Shown here: piece after piece, positions 27,695 through 37,466 of the stretch
Position numbering within the stretch: the first letter of the stretch is position 1
Layout of the letters: each line of letters begins with the position of its first letter
IMG/VR virus record: IMGVR_UViG_2728369266_000003
Coordinates: 1,258 to 65,257 of that record
Length of the DNA: 64,000 bases
Source: a virus
Taxonomy: Duplodnaviria > Caudoviricetes
Direction: 5' to 3' (one strand)
Position numbers and translations under genes: made by a program
Notes under the pieces: model-generated
Databases searched by the model: none
What the model saw: only the letters and a program-made list of their open reading frames with translations
What the model was told of the DNA's origin: nothing

Positions 27695-27978
27695 GGCGGG
27701 ACAGTAAACCAGGGGAGCCCGCCCAGGCGATCCGGGTGGAGCGCGCCGGCCCCGAAGTGAGGGTGTTCTTCAACGGTGCGGAGTTCCCGCACGCGATCGA
27801 CCAGAGCGCTGTGTTCCTGCACGTGTCCGCCGATGAGCGGCCCTCGGTGACCATCACCGTGTTCGCGGAGCGAGTGGACCTCGTTGACTCGGTGGCTCGG
27901 CGGGTCGATGAGGACCGGAAGGCGGCGGCCCGCGCCTATCTCGCGTCGAAGGCGCCCGGCGCCCGAGCAGCCAGCTAG
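27691..27978 (+). CDS. Hypothetical protein
   Basis: ATGA coupling. Confidence 0.55.
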   Translation: MRRDSKPGEPAQAIRVERAGPEVRVFFNGAEFPHAIDQSAVFLHVSADERPSVTITVFAERVDLVDSVARRVDEDRKAAARAYLASKAPGARAAS

Positions 27979-27988
27979 AGGGGGCGTT

Positions 27989-28411
27989 GTGGCTCCGTGG
28001 GTGATGTTCGGGGACGCTGAGCTGGTGGCCATCACCTACCTGCGTGACGTCCTCGGCGACGCTGTCGCGCACGTCTGCTCGGAACTGCCGGGCCCCGACG
28101 AGATGGCCGCGTTGCTCCCGCTGGTGCAGGTGGAGCGGCTCCCCTCACCCCCCATGGCCAACCGGTACGCCCTGGACGTAGCTCGAATGGACATCAGTGC
28201 CCGAGTCGCTACTGGTCGCCCCGACGCGATCACCCTCGCGACCCTCGCTGGCGCCCATATTCGCGCGATGCCCGGCCGCACTATCGCTGGGGTGACGGTG
28301 TCCACGGTGCGCCGGCAGACCGGCCCCGAGGAACGCGCCGACGAGAACACCAACCTGCGGGTGGCTGGGTTCACCTGCGAGCTGTATCTGCGGTCGATAC
28401 CGCAGACCTGA
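27989..28411 (+). CDS. Tail terminator protein
   Basis: FGDAE...YL, LPLVQVER; precedes major tail. Confidence 0.75.
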   Translation: MAPWVMFGDAELVAITYLRDVLGDAVAHVCSELPGPDEMAALLPLVQVERLPSPPMANRYALDVARMDISARVATGRPDAITLATLAGAHIRAMPGRTIAGVTVSTVRRQTGPEERADENTNLRVAGFTCELYLRSIPQT

Positions 28412-28428
28412 CCTGAACCGTCTGTCTC

Positions 28429-28453
28429 ACCCCGCCTCCGCGCGGGGTTTTTT
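28429..28453 (+). terminator. Intrinsic terminator-like
   Basis: ACCCCGC / GCGGGGT plus T-tract. Confidence 0.65.
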
Positions 28454-28485
28454 CATGCCCGGACGTGGGCGCAAAGGAGTTGATC

Positions 28486-29307
28486 ATGGCTGACAACCCG
28501 GACGCCCTACGGGTAGCAGTCGACGGCGGCAAATGCTACATCGCGAACCTCGGATCCGCGGTCCCCACAGGGATGGACCCGTTCTCGTCTGCGTGGCGAG
28601 ACCTCGGACTGATCTCCGAAGAAGGCGTCAACGAAGCCTACGAGGAGGACCGGACCGAGCGGCGCCCGTGGGGCTACAAGTCCCCGGTGCGTACCGACAT
28701 CACTGGTGTGACCAAGACGTTCACCATGACCGCGTGGGAAACGAACGCCTACACTCGGGCGCTCTACGACAACGTCGGCTTCGCCGACTTCAGTGCCGAT
28801 GTGGACGGGGTCGTGTCCTACACGGTGCGCCGGCCGACGGGGCAGAGCCTGTACATGCTCGCCATCGACTCCTTCGACGGCACCAACCACCTCCGCACGA
28901 TCGTGCCCCGGGCCGAGGTGACGGCCCGCGGCGAGATGGTGAACTCCGCTGAGGAGGTCATCGGCTACAACTTCACCTGGACCGCCTACGAACTGTCGGA
29001 CCGCACGATGTTCCAGCGGTTCTTCCTGTCCAACGGCATGTGGCTGCCCGTGGACACCCTCACGGTCACCGGTACCGCCACCGTTGCTGTGGCGGCCACC
29101 ACCCAGCTCACCGCGACCGCCGCGTATTTCAACGACGACGCAGATGCCGATGTGTCAGCGGACGCGGACTGGGACACCTCCGACCCCGCTATCGCGACGG
29201 TCGACGACACGGGTGAGGTGACGGGTGTGTCGGCGGGGGCGGTGACGATCACTGCCACCTACCGGGGTGTGTCGGGGGCGCTGCCCATGACGGTCACCAG
29301 CCCCTAA
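28486..29307 (+). CDS. Major tail protein with C-terminal Ig-like (Big_2) domain
   Basis: LGLISEEGV; WDTSDPAIATVDDTGEVTGVSAGAVTITATY. Confidence 0.9.
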   Translation: MADNPDALRVAVDGGKCYIANLGSAVPTGMDPFSSAWRDLGLISEEGVNEAYEEDRTERRPWGYKSPVRTDITGVTKTFTMTAWETNAYTRALYDNVGFADFSADVDGVVSYTVRRPTGQSLYMLAIDSFDGTNHLRTIVPRAEVTARGEMVNSAEEVIGYNFTWTAYELSDRTMFQRFFLSNGMWLPVDTLTVTGTATVAVAATTQLTATAAYFNDDADADVSADADWDTSDPAIATVDDTGEVTGVSAGAVTITATYRGVSGALPMTVTSP

Positions 29308-29387
29308 CTCATGACTGGCTGCTGGTGGGCGCGTGCGGGTCGCCCATCAGCAGCCTTCCAACCCGCACACCCGCGAAGGAGTCACGC

Positions 29388-29738
29388 ATGACCGCCAAGA
29401 GGACCACCACGTCGATCGTGGACGATGGCAACGTGATCGACGTATCTGGGCTGCCGGTCCTGCGGGCGCAGGAACTCGAAGCCCGGCAGGAACCGCAGGC
29501 GTTCAAAGTCGGCGACACGGTGTTCGCGATCAAGCCGATGGACGAGTGGTCCTATCGGGCCGAACTGGCTTTCTGGCGCGGCAACATCGAAACGTGGGCC
29601 CGCTCAGCCCTCACTGACCCGAGCCAGCTCGACGCTCTACTGGACTGCACCTCCCCGAACATCAGCCGCATCATCCGCTGGTACATGGATCGGGTCGGCG
29701 TGACCCTGGGGGAAGACGACAGCTCCTCCGACTCCTAG
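29388..29738 (+). CDS. Tail assembly chaperone (short form)
   Basis: Between major tail and TMP. Confidence 0.85.
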   Translation: MTAKRTTTSIVDDGNVIDVSGLPVLRAQELEARQEPQAFKVGDTVFAIKPMDEWSYRAELAFWRGNIETWARSALTDPSQLDALLDCTSPNISRIIRWYMDRVGVTLGEDDSSSDS

Positions 29739-30199
29739 AGGAGCACCCCGAAGAGATCGAACTGGATCTACTTGACCGAGGCCACGACATCCTTGACTTC
29801 CACCGCCGGAAGATCTCGCTGCGGCGAATGCATCTGCTCGTGGTCAAGGACATGGCGCGGATGCCTAGGCTCCGTGCGGCCCTGCTCGGCGAGGACACCC
29901 AGCGGCCGTTCGACGAAGCCAACTATCAACTGGCGCTGATCAGTAACCGACTTCAGATGCTGGAGCAGGTCCTTCATGTGGGGCTGAGGCTGAAGGGGAA
30001 GCCCCGTCCGTTCAAGGCGTACCCCGTCCCTGGGGTGAGCGTGAGGGGCGGCAAGAAGCAGCGCGCCGTGAAGCCGAAGGTGAACCCGAAGCACATGGCG
30101 TACTTGGATCGGTTCTCACCCGGCAAAGCGCCACCCATCGGGGCGCCGCCCCCGCCGTCCTCGGAGCGGCGCCGGCCGTCCCGCGTGAAAACCGCCTGA
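29388..30199 (+). CDS. Tail assembly chaperone (frameshifted long form)
   Basis: -1 frame reads RRQLLRLLEEHPEEIELDL... into ORF 29828-30199. Confidence 0.8.
29708..29714 (+). other. -1 programmed frameshift site G GGG GAA
   Basis: Correct register; -1 frame stays open to 30199. Confidence 0.85.
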
Positions 30200-30216
30200 T
30201 ACCCAGGGGAGGGTAG

Positions 30217-33200
30217 ATGCCCTCCGCTGGCAGCGTGCACGTCGATGTCTTTCCTGACCTGCGCAGGTTCGGGCCGCAGCTCCGGCGTGACCTCCAGCGT
30301 GAGGTGCGGGCGCTGCGGGTCGACGTGCCCGTGCACGCCAACACCCGGCAGGCGTCGCAGGCCCTCGCCGGGCTGCGGCGCCGCGCCGAGGGCTTGAACG
30401 CGGTGCGTCCCCGCATCCAGGTGCGGGCCGAAACCGTCGGGGCGGTCGCGTCGCTGCGGGCGGTGGACCGGATCGTATCCCGGCTGGACGGGCGCCGGAT
30501 CCGCATCCATATGACCACCACCGGGGCGGCGCCGACCCTCCCCACGGTCACCCCACCCCGAACCCCCAGAACCCAGACGGCGCCGTCGGGCAGCCGTGGG
30601 TCGCAGTACCAGCAGCCGTTCACCGACTCCTCACCCGCGCAGCAGGCCGCTGTCGCGACTCTCGTCCCGCCGGCCATCCCTGCTGTGGGGGCGCTGGCCG
30701 GCGGCCTGGGTGCTGTCGCGTCGGGTGGCGCGGCGGCGGCTGCGGGTGTAGGCGCGTTCGCGCTCGCCCTGATCCCCGCAATCGCCAACGCCCGTGAGGC
30801 CGCTGCGACCGGCGGCCAGTTGACGGGGCAGCAGGCCCAGTTCACGGCTGCCACAGACCGGATGACGGCCGCATGGCAGGGGTTCCGGGCCCGCACGGAC
30901 GGCGCGGTGCTGGTCGCTGCGTCCCGGAGTGTGGATGTCGCCACCGAGGGCCTTGATCTGCTGGAGCCGGTCGCGAATTCCACCGCCGGGGCGGTCGCGA
31001 CCCTCGGTGTTGAGGCGCGGGCCGCCCTCGGAACCCCGGAGTGGCAGCGGTTCTTCGCCTTCGTGCAGCGGCAGGCATACCCGAGCACGCTGATCTTCGG
31101 CCGGAGCCTGGGGAACCTCGGTACCGGCGTCGCGGGGCTGGTCACGAACTTCGAACCCCTGTGGAATGTGGTCGGACCGGGTCTTGAGGGCATGTCGGCG
31201 ACCTTCGCCCGCTGGGGACAGGACTCGTCGAACTTCACCGAGTTCATCCAGTGGACCATCGACAACGGACCCGTCTTCGTCGGCACCCTCGGGGACCTCG
31301 CCGGGGCAGCGGTCGACATCGGTGTAGCGGTCGCTCCCCTCGGCACCGTCTACGCCCAAGGGCTCGGGCTGCTCGCCTCCTCCATCAGCGCGGTCGCCGA
31401 GCAGGCGCCCTGGCTCATCCAGTTCGCCGTTGCGGTCGGAACCGCCCGCGTCGCCCTCGGCCTCCTCGGCCGCGTCAACTCTGGGCTGATCCAGCCGCTG
31501 CGCGAGCTGCCGGGGCGAGTACGGGACTTCGCCAGCGGCCTTGGGCAGGCCAGCATGCAGGCGAGCAGCGCTGCGGGCGGTGTGGGCCGGTTCCGGGGCG
31601 CTGTGTCCGGGGTCGTCGGAGCCCTCGGCGGCCCCTGGGGGCTCGCCATCACCGGAGCCGTCGCCGCGCTCGGTCTGTTCATCAGCACCAAGGCTGCCGC
31701 GACGGCCGAAGTGGACCGGTTCGTTGAGGCGATCCGGCAGGACAACGGCGCTATTGGCACGCACTCCCGCGAAGTGATCGCCGCGACGATCGCCGCAGAA
31801 GGGCTCGTCGCCGAAAGCGCCCGTCTCGGCCTCGAACTCGACCTGGTCACCGACGCTCTGCTGGGGAACACCGCTGCGCAACGCGAGGTCAACCAGGCGA
31901 TCCAGGACGGTATCGCCGCTGATGCCGCGTACCTGCAGCAGCACGGCCGGTCGCGGGATGGCGCAGCTGAACGCCAGTTGGCCGCGCACAACCTGACTGC
32001 GGCGATCGAGGGGCAGAACGCCACGATCGCTGAGGCGGTACAGCGCTACCAGGACGAGCAGGCCGCGTCTGCGGCGCTTGGCCTGCAGGCCGACACCACA
32101 GGTACGAGCATCACCGGGCTGGCCCTCAGCCAGGGCGGTCTGAACACCGCATTGCAGATGGGGACCGGTTCGGCGCAGTCGTTGCGGACGGCACTGGACC
32201 TGCTCACCCAGACCAACCTGACAGTCGCCCAGTCGGAGTTGGCGTGGCACCAGGCTCTGACCGGGGCCACGGAGGCGATCGACGCCAACGGCGCGTCCAC
32301 CGACCTCAACACCGCCGCCGGGCAGGCAAACAGGGCGTCCCTGCTGCAGCTGGCGCAGGCCGCGACGGGCCACATCAACGCGATGCGGGAGCAGGACTCC
32401 TCCGCTGAGGACCTGATCGCCACCAGCCGGCGGCAGCGGGAGGCGTTCATCCGGGTCGCCCAGGAGATGGGCTATACCGAGGATGCGGCGAACGACCTCG
32501 CGGACGAATACCTCGGGATTCCCAGCGAGGTGGAGACCGCGATCCGGGTCAACGCCCGCGGCGTGTGGACCCTCGGCCCCAGCTCCGACGGCTATGACCC
32601 GTGGGCGAACAATCCCGTCTTCGGGGACGCGGTCCGCCGCGCCGAGGGCGGCCCCATCTTCGGGCCTGGCACCACCACATCGGACTCGGTGCCGGTCCTG
32701 GCGTCGCAGGGTGAACACATGCTCACCGCCGCCGAGGTTGAGGCGGCGGGCGGCCATCAGGGCGTTTACGCCCTCCGCGCAGCGATCCGGTCAGGGCAGT
32801 TCGGCCAGCCGATCCGCCGAGCCCGGGGCGGTCCAATCGAACGCGACGCCTTGGACCTGCAGGCCGTCGATGAACTCAACGACCATCGGGTGGACGTCCG
32901 CCTCCAATACCAGCGACTCATCGCCGGGGCGCTCGGGCATATCGCGCACGCCACCGCACAGCAGATCCGCCGCTACATGTCCGAGGGCGGCCTCGGTGCG
33001 CTGGCTCGGGCGGTCTCCCAGCAGGGCGTGCCCTACTCCTGGGGTGGCGGCGGCCCGGGGGGTCCGAGTTTCGGGTTCGGCCGCGGAGCGAACATCCGCG
33101 GTTTCGACTGCTCGTCGCTGATGCAGTACGCGTGGTGGCCGTGGGTCCAGCTTCCCCGTGTCACCTACTCCCAGATCGAGTCCGGCATGCCGGTCCCGGT

Positions 33201-33660
33201 TGGGGCGCAGCAGCCGGGAGACCTGGTGTTCCCGAACCGGGGCCACGTGGCCATGTACGCGGGCGGCGGCCGGCTGTTCCACACGTTCCGCACCGGGGAG
33301 GTGGCCGGATACCGGTCCATGTATCCCAACCCGCTGGCGATCCGCCGGCCGATGCGGGGGATGGCGATCGGGGGGCGAGCCTCAGCGGGCGAGATGGCGC
33401 TCGTCGGCGAGGAAGGCCCCGAACTGGTCCGGTTCACGTCGGCCGCGGAGGTCTACTCCAACGAGCAGACCCGTGAGCTGATGCGTGCGAGCGCCGCCTA
33501 CTCGGCCATGGGCGGTGGGCGGCACGGTGATGCGCCGCTGGTGGGGACGCTCGACATCGACGTCCACGACTCCAGCGCGGGGGCGCGCGAGATCGCAGAG
33601 GAAATCACCCACGCGATCCGGAAGGTCCGCCACGGCGGCCGCTACGCGGTCGCCGACTGA
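30217..33660 (+). CDS. Tape measure protein with C-terminal NlpC/P60 peptidase
   Basis: 1147 aa A/G-rich; GVPYSWGGG, GFDCSSL, PGDLVF, GHVAMY. Confidence 0.93.
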   Translation: MPSAGSVHVDVFPDLRRFGPQLRRDLQREVRALRVDVPVHANTRQASQALAGLRRRAEGLNAVRPRIQVRAETVGAVASLRAVDRIVSRLDGRRIRIHMTTTGAAPTLPTVTPPRTPRTQTAPSGSRGSQYQQPFTDSSPAQQAAVATLVPPAIPAVGALAGGLGAVASGGAAAAAGVGAFALALIPAIANAREAAATGGQLTGQQAQFTAATDRMTAAWQGFRARTDGAVLVAASRSVDVATEGLDLLEPVANSTAGAVATLGVEARAALGTPEWQRFFAFVQRQAYPSTLIFGRSLGNLGTGVAGLVTNFEPLWNVVGPGLEGMSATFARWGQDSSNFTEFIQWTIDNGPVFVGTLGDLAGAAVDIGVAVAPLGTVYAQGLGLLASSISAVAEQAPWLIQFAVAVGTARVALGLLGRVNSGLIQPLRELPGRVRDFASGLGQASMQASSAAGGVGRFRGAVSGVVGALGGPWGLAITGAVAALGLFISTKAAATAEVDRFVEAIRQDNGAIGTHSREVIAATIAAEGLVAESARLGLELDLVTDALLGNTAAQREVNQAIQDGIAADAAYLQQHGRSRDGAAERQLAAHNLTAAIEGQNATIAEAVQRYQDEQAASAALGLQADTTGTSITGLALSQGGLNTALQMGTGSAQSLRTALDLLTQTNLTVAQSELAWHQALTGATEAIDANGASTDLNTAAGQANRASLLQLAQAATGHINAMREQDSSAEDLIATSRRQREAFIRVAQEMGYTEDAANDLADEYLGIPSEVETAIRVNARGVWTLGPSSDGYDPWANNPVFGDAVRRAEGGPIFGPGTTTSDSVPVLASQGEHMLTAAEVEAAGGHQGVYALRAAIRSGQFGQPIRRARGGPIERDALDLQAVDELNDHRVDVRLQYQRLIAGALGHIAHATAQQIRRYMSEGGLGALARAVSQQGVPYSWGGGGPGGPSFGFGRGANIRGFDCSSLMQYAWWPWVQLPRVTYSQIESGMPVPVGAQQPGDLVFPNRGHVAMYAGGGRLFHTFRTGEVAGYRSMYPNPLAIRRPMRGMAIGGRASAGEMALVGEEGPELVRFTSAAEVYSNEQTRELMRASAAYSAMGGGRHGDAPLVGTLDIDVHDSSAGAREIAEEITHAIRKVRHGGRYAVAD

Positions 33661-33671
33661 GGGGGTGGCAG

Positions 33672-34550
33672 ATGCCCCTGGAGCCTCGGCAGTTCGAACT
33701 CGACGGTTTCGTGTTCGGCGATTTCACGCCGATGCAGGTCGACGCCTTCGATCCGGGCGGGAAACCGGCCACCACGGCCGGGGATGTTGCCAACCCGGTC
33801 GGGGACGGCGTCGTGTTCGGCTACGACCGGGTGGGCGGGATGCTGCTCACCTGGGACCTGTGGACGGACTGCGCGGACGAGGCGGAGGCGCGCGCCCAGT
33901 GGTCGGCGATGGCGTCCCGCTGGGATGCGCGGTCGGCGCGGCGCACTCCGCGGGATGTTGTGCCGCTGCGGCTGCGCACCCCGGGCGGCGCGGATCGGGT
34001 GGTGTACGGCCGGCCTCGCCGGTTGGAGCCGGCGAGTGTGGCGCTGATCGCGGACGGTCTGGTTGATCTGGTCGCGGACTTCCAGTGCTCGGACTATGCC
34101 TTCTACGACGATGTGGCGTCGTCGGTGGTGTTGTCGCTGGTCCCGGACATGAGCGGCGGCCTGTCGATCCCGTTCACTCCTCCGGTGCAGTTGGCTCCGA
34201 TCCAGGACAGCGACTCGGATCAGCTCCGCAACGCTGGCGATCTGCCGACGTGGCCGGTGATCACGATCCAGGGGCCGATCGTCAACCCGTCGATCACCTT
34301 CGTTGGTGGCTCGTCGATCCAGTTGGTGACGACGCTGGCGTTCGACCACGTGGTGACGATCGATCCGCGCCCGTGGGTCCGCAGCATCACCCGGCAGGAC
34401 GGCGCGTCCCTGGCCGGCTACGCGCGGGGGGCGCGGCTCGCCGAACTGGAACTCCCGCCGGGGTCCACGGTGGTGCAGTTCCGCGGCCAGGACCTCACTG
34501 GCACATCCAGTTGCACGATCACCGTCCGCTCCGCTTACAGCGTTCCCTAG
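33672..34550 (+). CDS. Distal tail protein (Dit-like)
   Basis: Follows TMP; NAGDLPTWPVITIQGP. Confidence 0.8.
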   Translation: MPLEPRQFELDGFVFGDFTPMQVDAFDPGGKPATTAGDVANPVGDGVVFGYDRVGGMLLTWDLWTDCADEAEARAQWSAMASRWDARSARRTPRDVVPLRLRTPGGADRVVYGRPRRLEPASVALIADGLVDLVADFQCSDYAFYDDVASSVVLSLVPDMSGGLSIPFTPPVQLAPIQDSDSDQLRNAGDLPTWPVITIQGPIVNPSITFVGGSSIQLVTTLAFDHVVTIDPRPWVRSITRQDGASLAGYARGARLAELELPPGSTVVQFRGQDLTGTSSCTITVRSAYSVP

Positions 34551-34559
34551 GAGGTCTTC

Positions 34560-35570
34560 GTGGCGTTTCAGGGCGTGTGGGCGGTCGACGGCTCCACGAT
34601 CGCCGGGCCGCTGATGCGGCTCATGCACGGGTCGGCGACCCGCTCCGGTGAGGGCGTCGTGGACATCGGAGACCTGGCGGTGCGGGAGCTTGCGGTGCCT
34701 GGCACCTCGGTGCGGGTGGGCAGCGGCGCTACCACGGTGCTGGGGCGGGAGATCCAGTGGCAGGGCTCCTACTACTCCTACAACACGGGTGACATCGAGG
34801 TGCCGATCACCCCGACGGGTTCGGGGTCGGGCCGCTCGGATCTGATCATCGCAAGAGTGGAGGACCCGACGTTCGCGGGGTCGCCGTGGACCCACAACGC
34901 ATCTGACACCCTCGTGTACGCCCGGGTGATCGAGGACGTCGACCCTGGGGAGACCGGAATCCCGGCCGGGGAGACGATTTCGGCGATCCCGCTGGCGCGG
35001 CTCGATATCCCTGCCTCCACCGGCACCATCACCCAGGACATGATCGTTGACCTGCGGCAGATGATGGACCCCCGCAGCACCCAGGTCGTGCGGATCCAGC
35101 GGGGGATGGACCCGATCGACTACGCGGGTGATGTGACCGACGCGTATGAGAACTGGCCGAACAACCCGTGGAACCTCGCGGGAGCCCGTGTGCCGATCCC
35201 GGCGTGGGCGACGCAGGCGCAGATCCGCGCCACCTGGGCGCAGACCCTCCTGGAGGCCACGGGCGGGACGGGCGGCAACAACGACGCCCGCGGCCAGGTC
35301 CGGATCCGGTTCTACAACGGGTCCGACGAGCTGGTGACGACCCCGACCGCCTACAACGTCAACCAGACCAGCCCGACGAACGGATACAGGACCACGATCA
35401 GTTGGGCTGACACCGTGTCGATCCCCTCCTACCTGCGTGGTGTCGATGCGGCGCTGGCGATGCAGGTGCGGGGCACCTCGGGGTTCAACGGACGGCTCGC
35501 GTTCGATCAGTACGCCGTCGGCAGCGTCGAGATCACGTTCAACGAGGTGCCTGTCCTGGATCTGGCGTAG
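34560..35570 (+). CDS. Minor tail protein
   Basis: Synteny; RSDLIIARVEDP, IPLARLDIPAST. Confidence 0.8.
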   Translation: MAFQGVWAVDGSTIAGPLMRLMHGSATRSGEGVVDIGDLAVRELAVPGTSVRVGSGATTVLGREIQWQGSYYSYNTGDIEVPITPTGSGSGRSDLIIARVEDPTFAGSPWTHNASDTLVYARVIEDVDPGETGIPAGETISAIPLARLDIPASTGTITQDMIVDLRQMMDPRSTQVVRIQRGMDPIDYAGDVTDAYENWPNNPWNLAGARVPIPAWATQAQIRATWAQTLLEATGGTGGNNDARGQVRIRFYNGSDELVTTPTAYNVNQTSPTNGYRTTISWADTVSIPSYLRGVDAALAMQVRGTSGFNGRLAFDQYAVGSVEITFNEVPVLDLA

Positions 35571-35578
35571 GGGGTCGC

Positions 35579-37465
35579 GTGACTGTCCTCGTCCGCTGGT
35601 CCGGCAACGGCCTCACGCCGCAGACCTTCACGACCTCTTCCATCGGTGCGGGTGACTCAGCGCCGACCAGCATCGGCGGAACCGCCCCCCAGGTCGTCGC
35701 GTCGGGGGTGCGGCCGCCGCGGGTGGAGTGGCCAGCGGCGGACGCTTCCTACATCGTGTGGGAGCATCCGGCGGTCGCCCAGGTGGCGGCGCGCTGGTAC
35801 GTGGAGCTGACGGCGCTGACCGGGGACACCAGGTTGGGGTCGCTGGTGGTGTCCGGGGCGACCTCGGCTGCGAATGTGCAGGTGTCGGCTGCGGGCGCGT
35901 TGCAGATTCAGGCGTCCGGGTCGGTGCAGGCCACCTCAGCGGATGGGGTGATTCCGACCGGGGTGCCAGTGCGGATCGAGATCCTGCTGGACACCTCCGG
36001 GACGCGGCGGCTGTACGCCTTCGCTGGGGACACGACCACGCTGCTCGCCGAGGCGGCATGGGCGGGACCCGCGACGACCATCAGCGCATTCTGGTGGGGC
36101 CACACCTTCGTGTCCACCCACAGCCTCCGCTATGGGGACGACCTGATCGTCCGGGACCTCGCGGCCCTGATCGGCCCCGCGCAGACCCCGAGCACGCTGA
36201 TCCCGGTGGCGCCGTCCGGGGGATGGCAGTACCACGCCATGCGGATCCTGGGTCGGACGTGGATTGACCGGGATCTGCCCCTGTCGGATGTGCAGCTCAC
36301 CTACACGATGAGCGGCCCCAGCGGCATCACCGCGACGATCAACCCCGAATACGCCACGCTGAAGGGCGCCGACGGCGCCCCGGTGCTCGACGAGTGGTCC
36401 ACCCTGATCGTGGTCGAGAAGGACGGCCAAGTCAGGGCGGCTGGCATCCTCGTGAACTCAGACTTCGTCGGGTCGGACTGGGGCCTGGAGTGCTCCGGTA
36501 TCGCGGCGTACCCGCAGGACATGCAGCTCACCGCGACCACCACATGGGGCGGCTCCGTCAACGGCACCACGGGGCACGGCGTGGACCCGCTCGACGTGGT
36601 CCGGGGGTTGTGGGCGCACCTCCAGGGCCAGCCGGACGGGGATCTCGGCGTCGTCCTGGACGGCACCACCACGCCGTATCGGCTGGGGGAGTGGCACAAC
36701 GCGCGGCGCCTCCCCACCGAGGCCGAACCCGAACCGGACCCCAAAGAGGTCCAGGACCCGCCGATCCCGATCGACCGGGTGTGGACCAGCGCCGACCAGC
36801 GGCCTCAGGCGGCGCAGGGCCGCACCCTGTTCTGGCGGTACCAACTGCCGTGGTACGACAACATCGACATCGGCCAACGCATCGACCAGCTGTCGAAGCA
36901 GACGCCGTTCGACTTCCTGGAAACCGCCGAATGGGCCGACTCGGCGAAGTCCGACGTGCGGCTGGGCATCCGCTTCGGCTACCCGCGACTCGGCACCCGC
37001 CGCCAGAACCTCCGCTTCGTGGAGGGCGAGAACATCACCGCCGTGGTCGCCGTCCGCCGCGACGGCGACGGCTACGCGAACGAGGTCCGCGCCTACGGCT
37101 CCGGTGAGGGCACCAAGCAGCTCCGGCAGACCTACTCGCAGCGGGACGGCCGGCTGCGGCGGGTGCAGGTCGTGGACCACCCCGAGGTCGGCTCGAAAGC
37201 GGCGCTCAGGGCCGAGGCGAAGGCGGAGCTTCTGCGGGTCCACAACTTGGTCGATGTCCGCGCCTTCACGGTCCGCGACCACCCCAACGCGAGTATCGGC
37301 AGCTTCGCGGTGGGCGACGACGTACTTGTGCAGGCCAGTTACGGGTGGCTGCCGGTGACGCTGTGGGTGCGGATCACCCAGATGACCATCACACCGGAGT
37401 CGGGTGACATCCGCATCACCTGCGCACGCAGCGACTCCTTCAACTACAGCGGCTCACGGGGGTGA
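35579..37465 (+). CDS. Baseplate hub (ReqiPepy6 gp37-like) with extra N-terminal lectin-like domain
   Basis: DRDLPL..., GYPRLG, RFVEGENI, YGSGEG from about 36230; about 215-aa N-extension. Confidence 0.75.
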   Translation: MTVLVRWSGNGLTPQTFTTSSIGAGDSAPTSIGGTAPQVVASGVRPPRVEWPAADASYIVWEHPAVAQVAARWYVELTALTGDTRLGSLVVSGATSAANVQVSAAGALQIQASGSVQATSADGVIPTGVPVRIEILLDTSGTRRLYAFAGDTTTLLAEAAWAGPATTISAFWWGHTFVSTHSLRYGDDLIVRDLAALIGPAQTPSTLIPVAPSGGWQYHAMRILGRTWIDRDLPLSDVQLTYTMSGPSGITATINPEYATLKGADGAPVLDEWSTLIVVEKDGQVRAAGILVNSDFVGSDWGLECSGIAAYPQDMQLTATTTWGGSVNGTTGHGVDPLDVVRGLWAHLQGQPDGDLGVVLDGTTTPYRLGEWHNARRLPTEAEPEPDPKEVQDPPIPIDRVWTSADQRPQAAQGRTLFWRYQLPWYDNIDIGQRIDQLSKQTPFDFLETAEWADSAKSDVRLGIRFGYPRLGTRRQNLRFVEGENITAVVAVRRDGDGYANEVRAYGSGEGTKQLRQTYSQRDGRLRRVQVVDHPEVGSKAALRAEAKAELLRVHNLVDVRAFTVRDHPNASIGSFAVGDDVLVQASYGWLPVTLWVRITQMTITPESGDIRITCARSDSFNYSGSRG

Positions 37466-37466
37466 C

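Noticed and set aside
29828-30199. Independent gene starting at ATG 29828
   Set aside because: Better explained as the -1 frameshift extension of the tail chaperone
30631-32757. 708-aa minus-strand ORF (likewise 50212-52638 plus, 21407-22801 minus, 24343-25683 minus, 43203-44558 plus, 48516-49694 plus)
   Set aside because: Antisense shadows of real high-GC3 genes; no motifs
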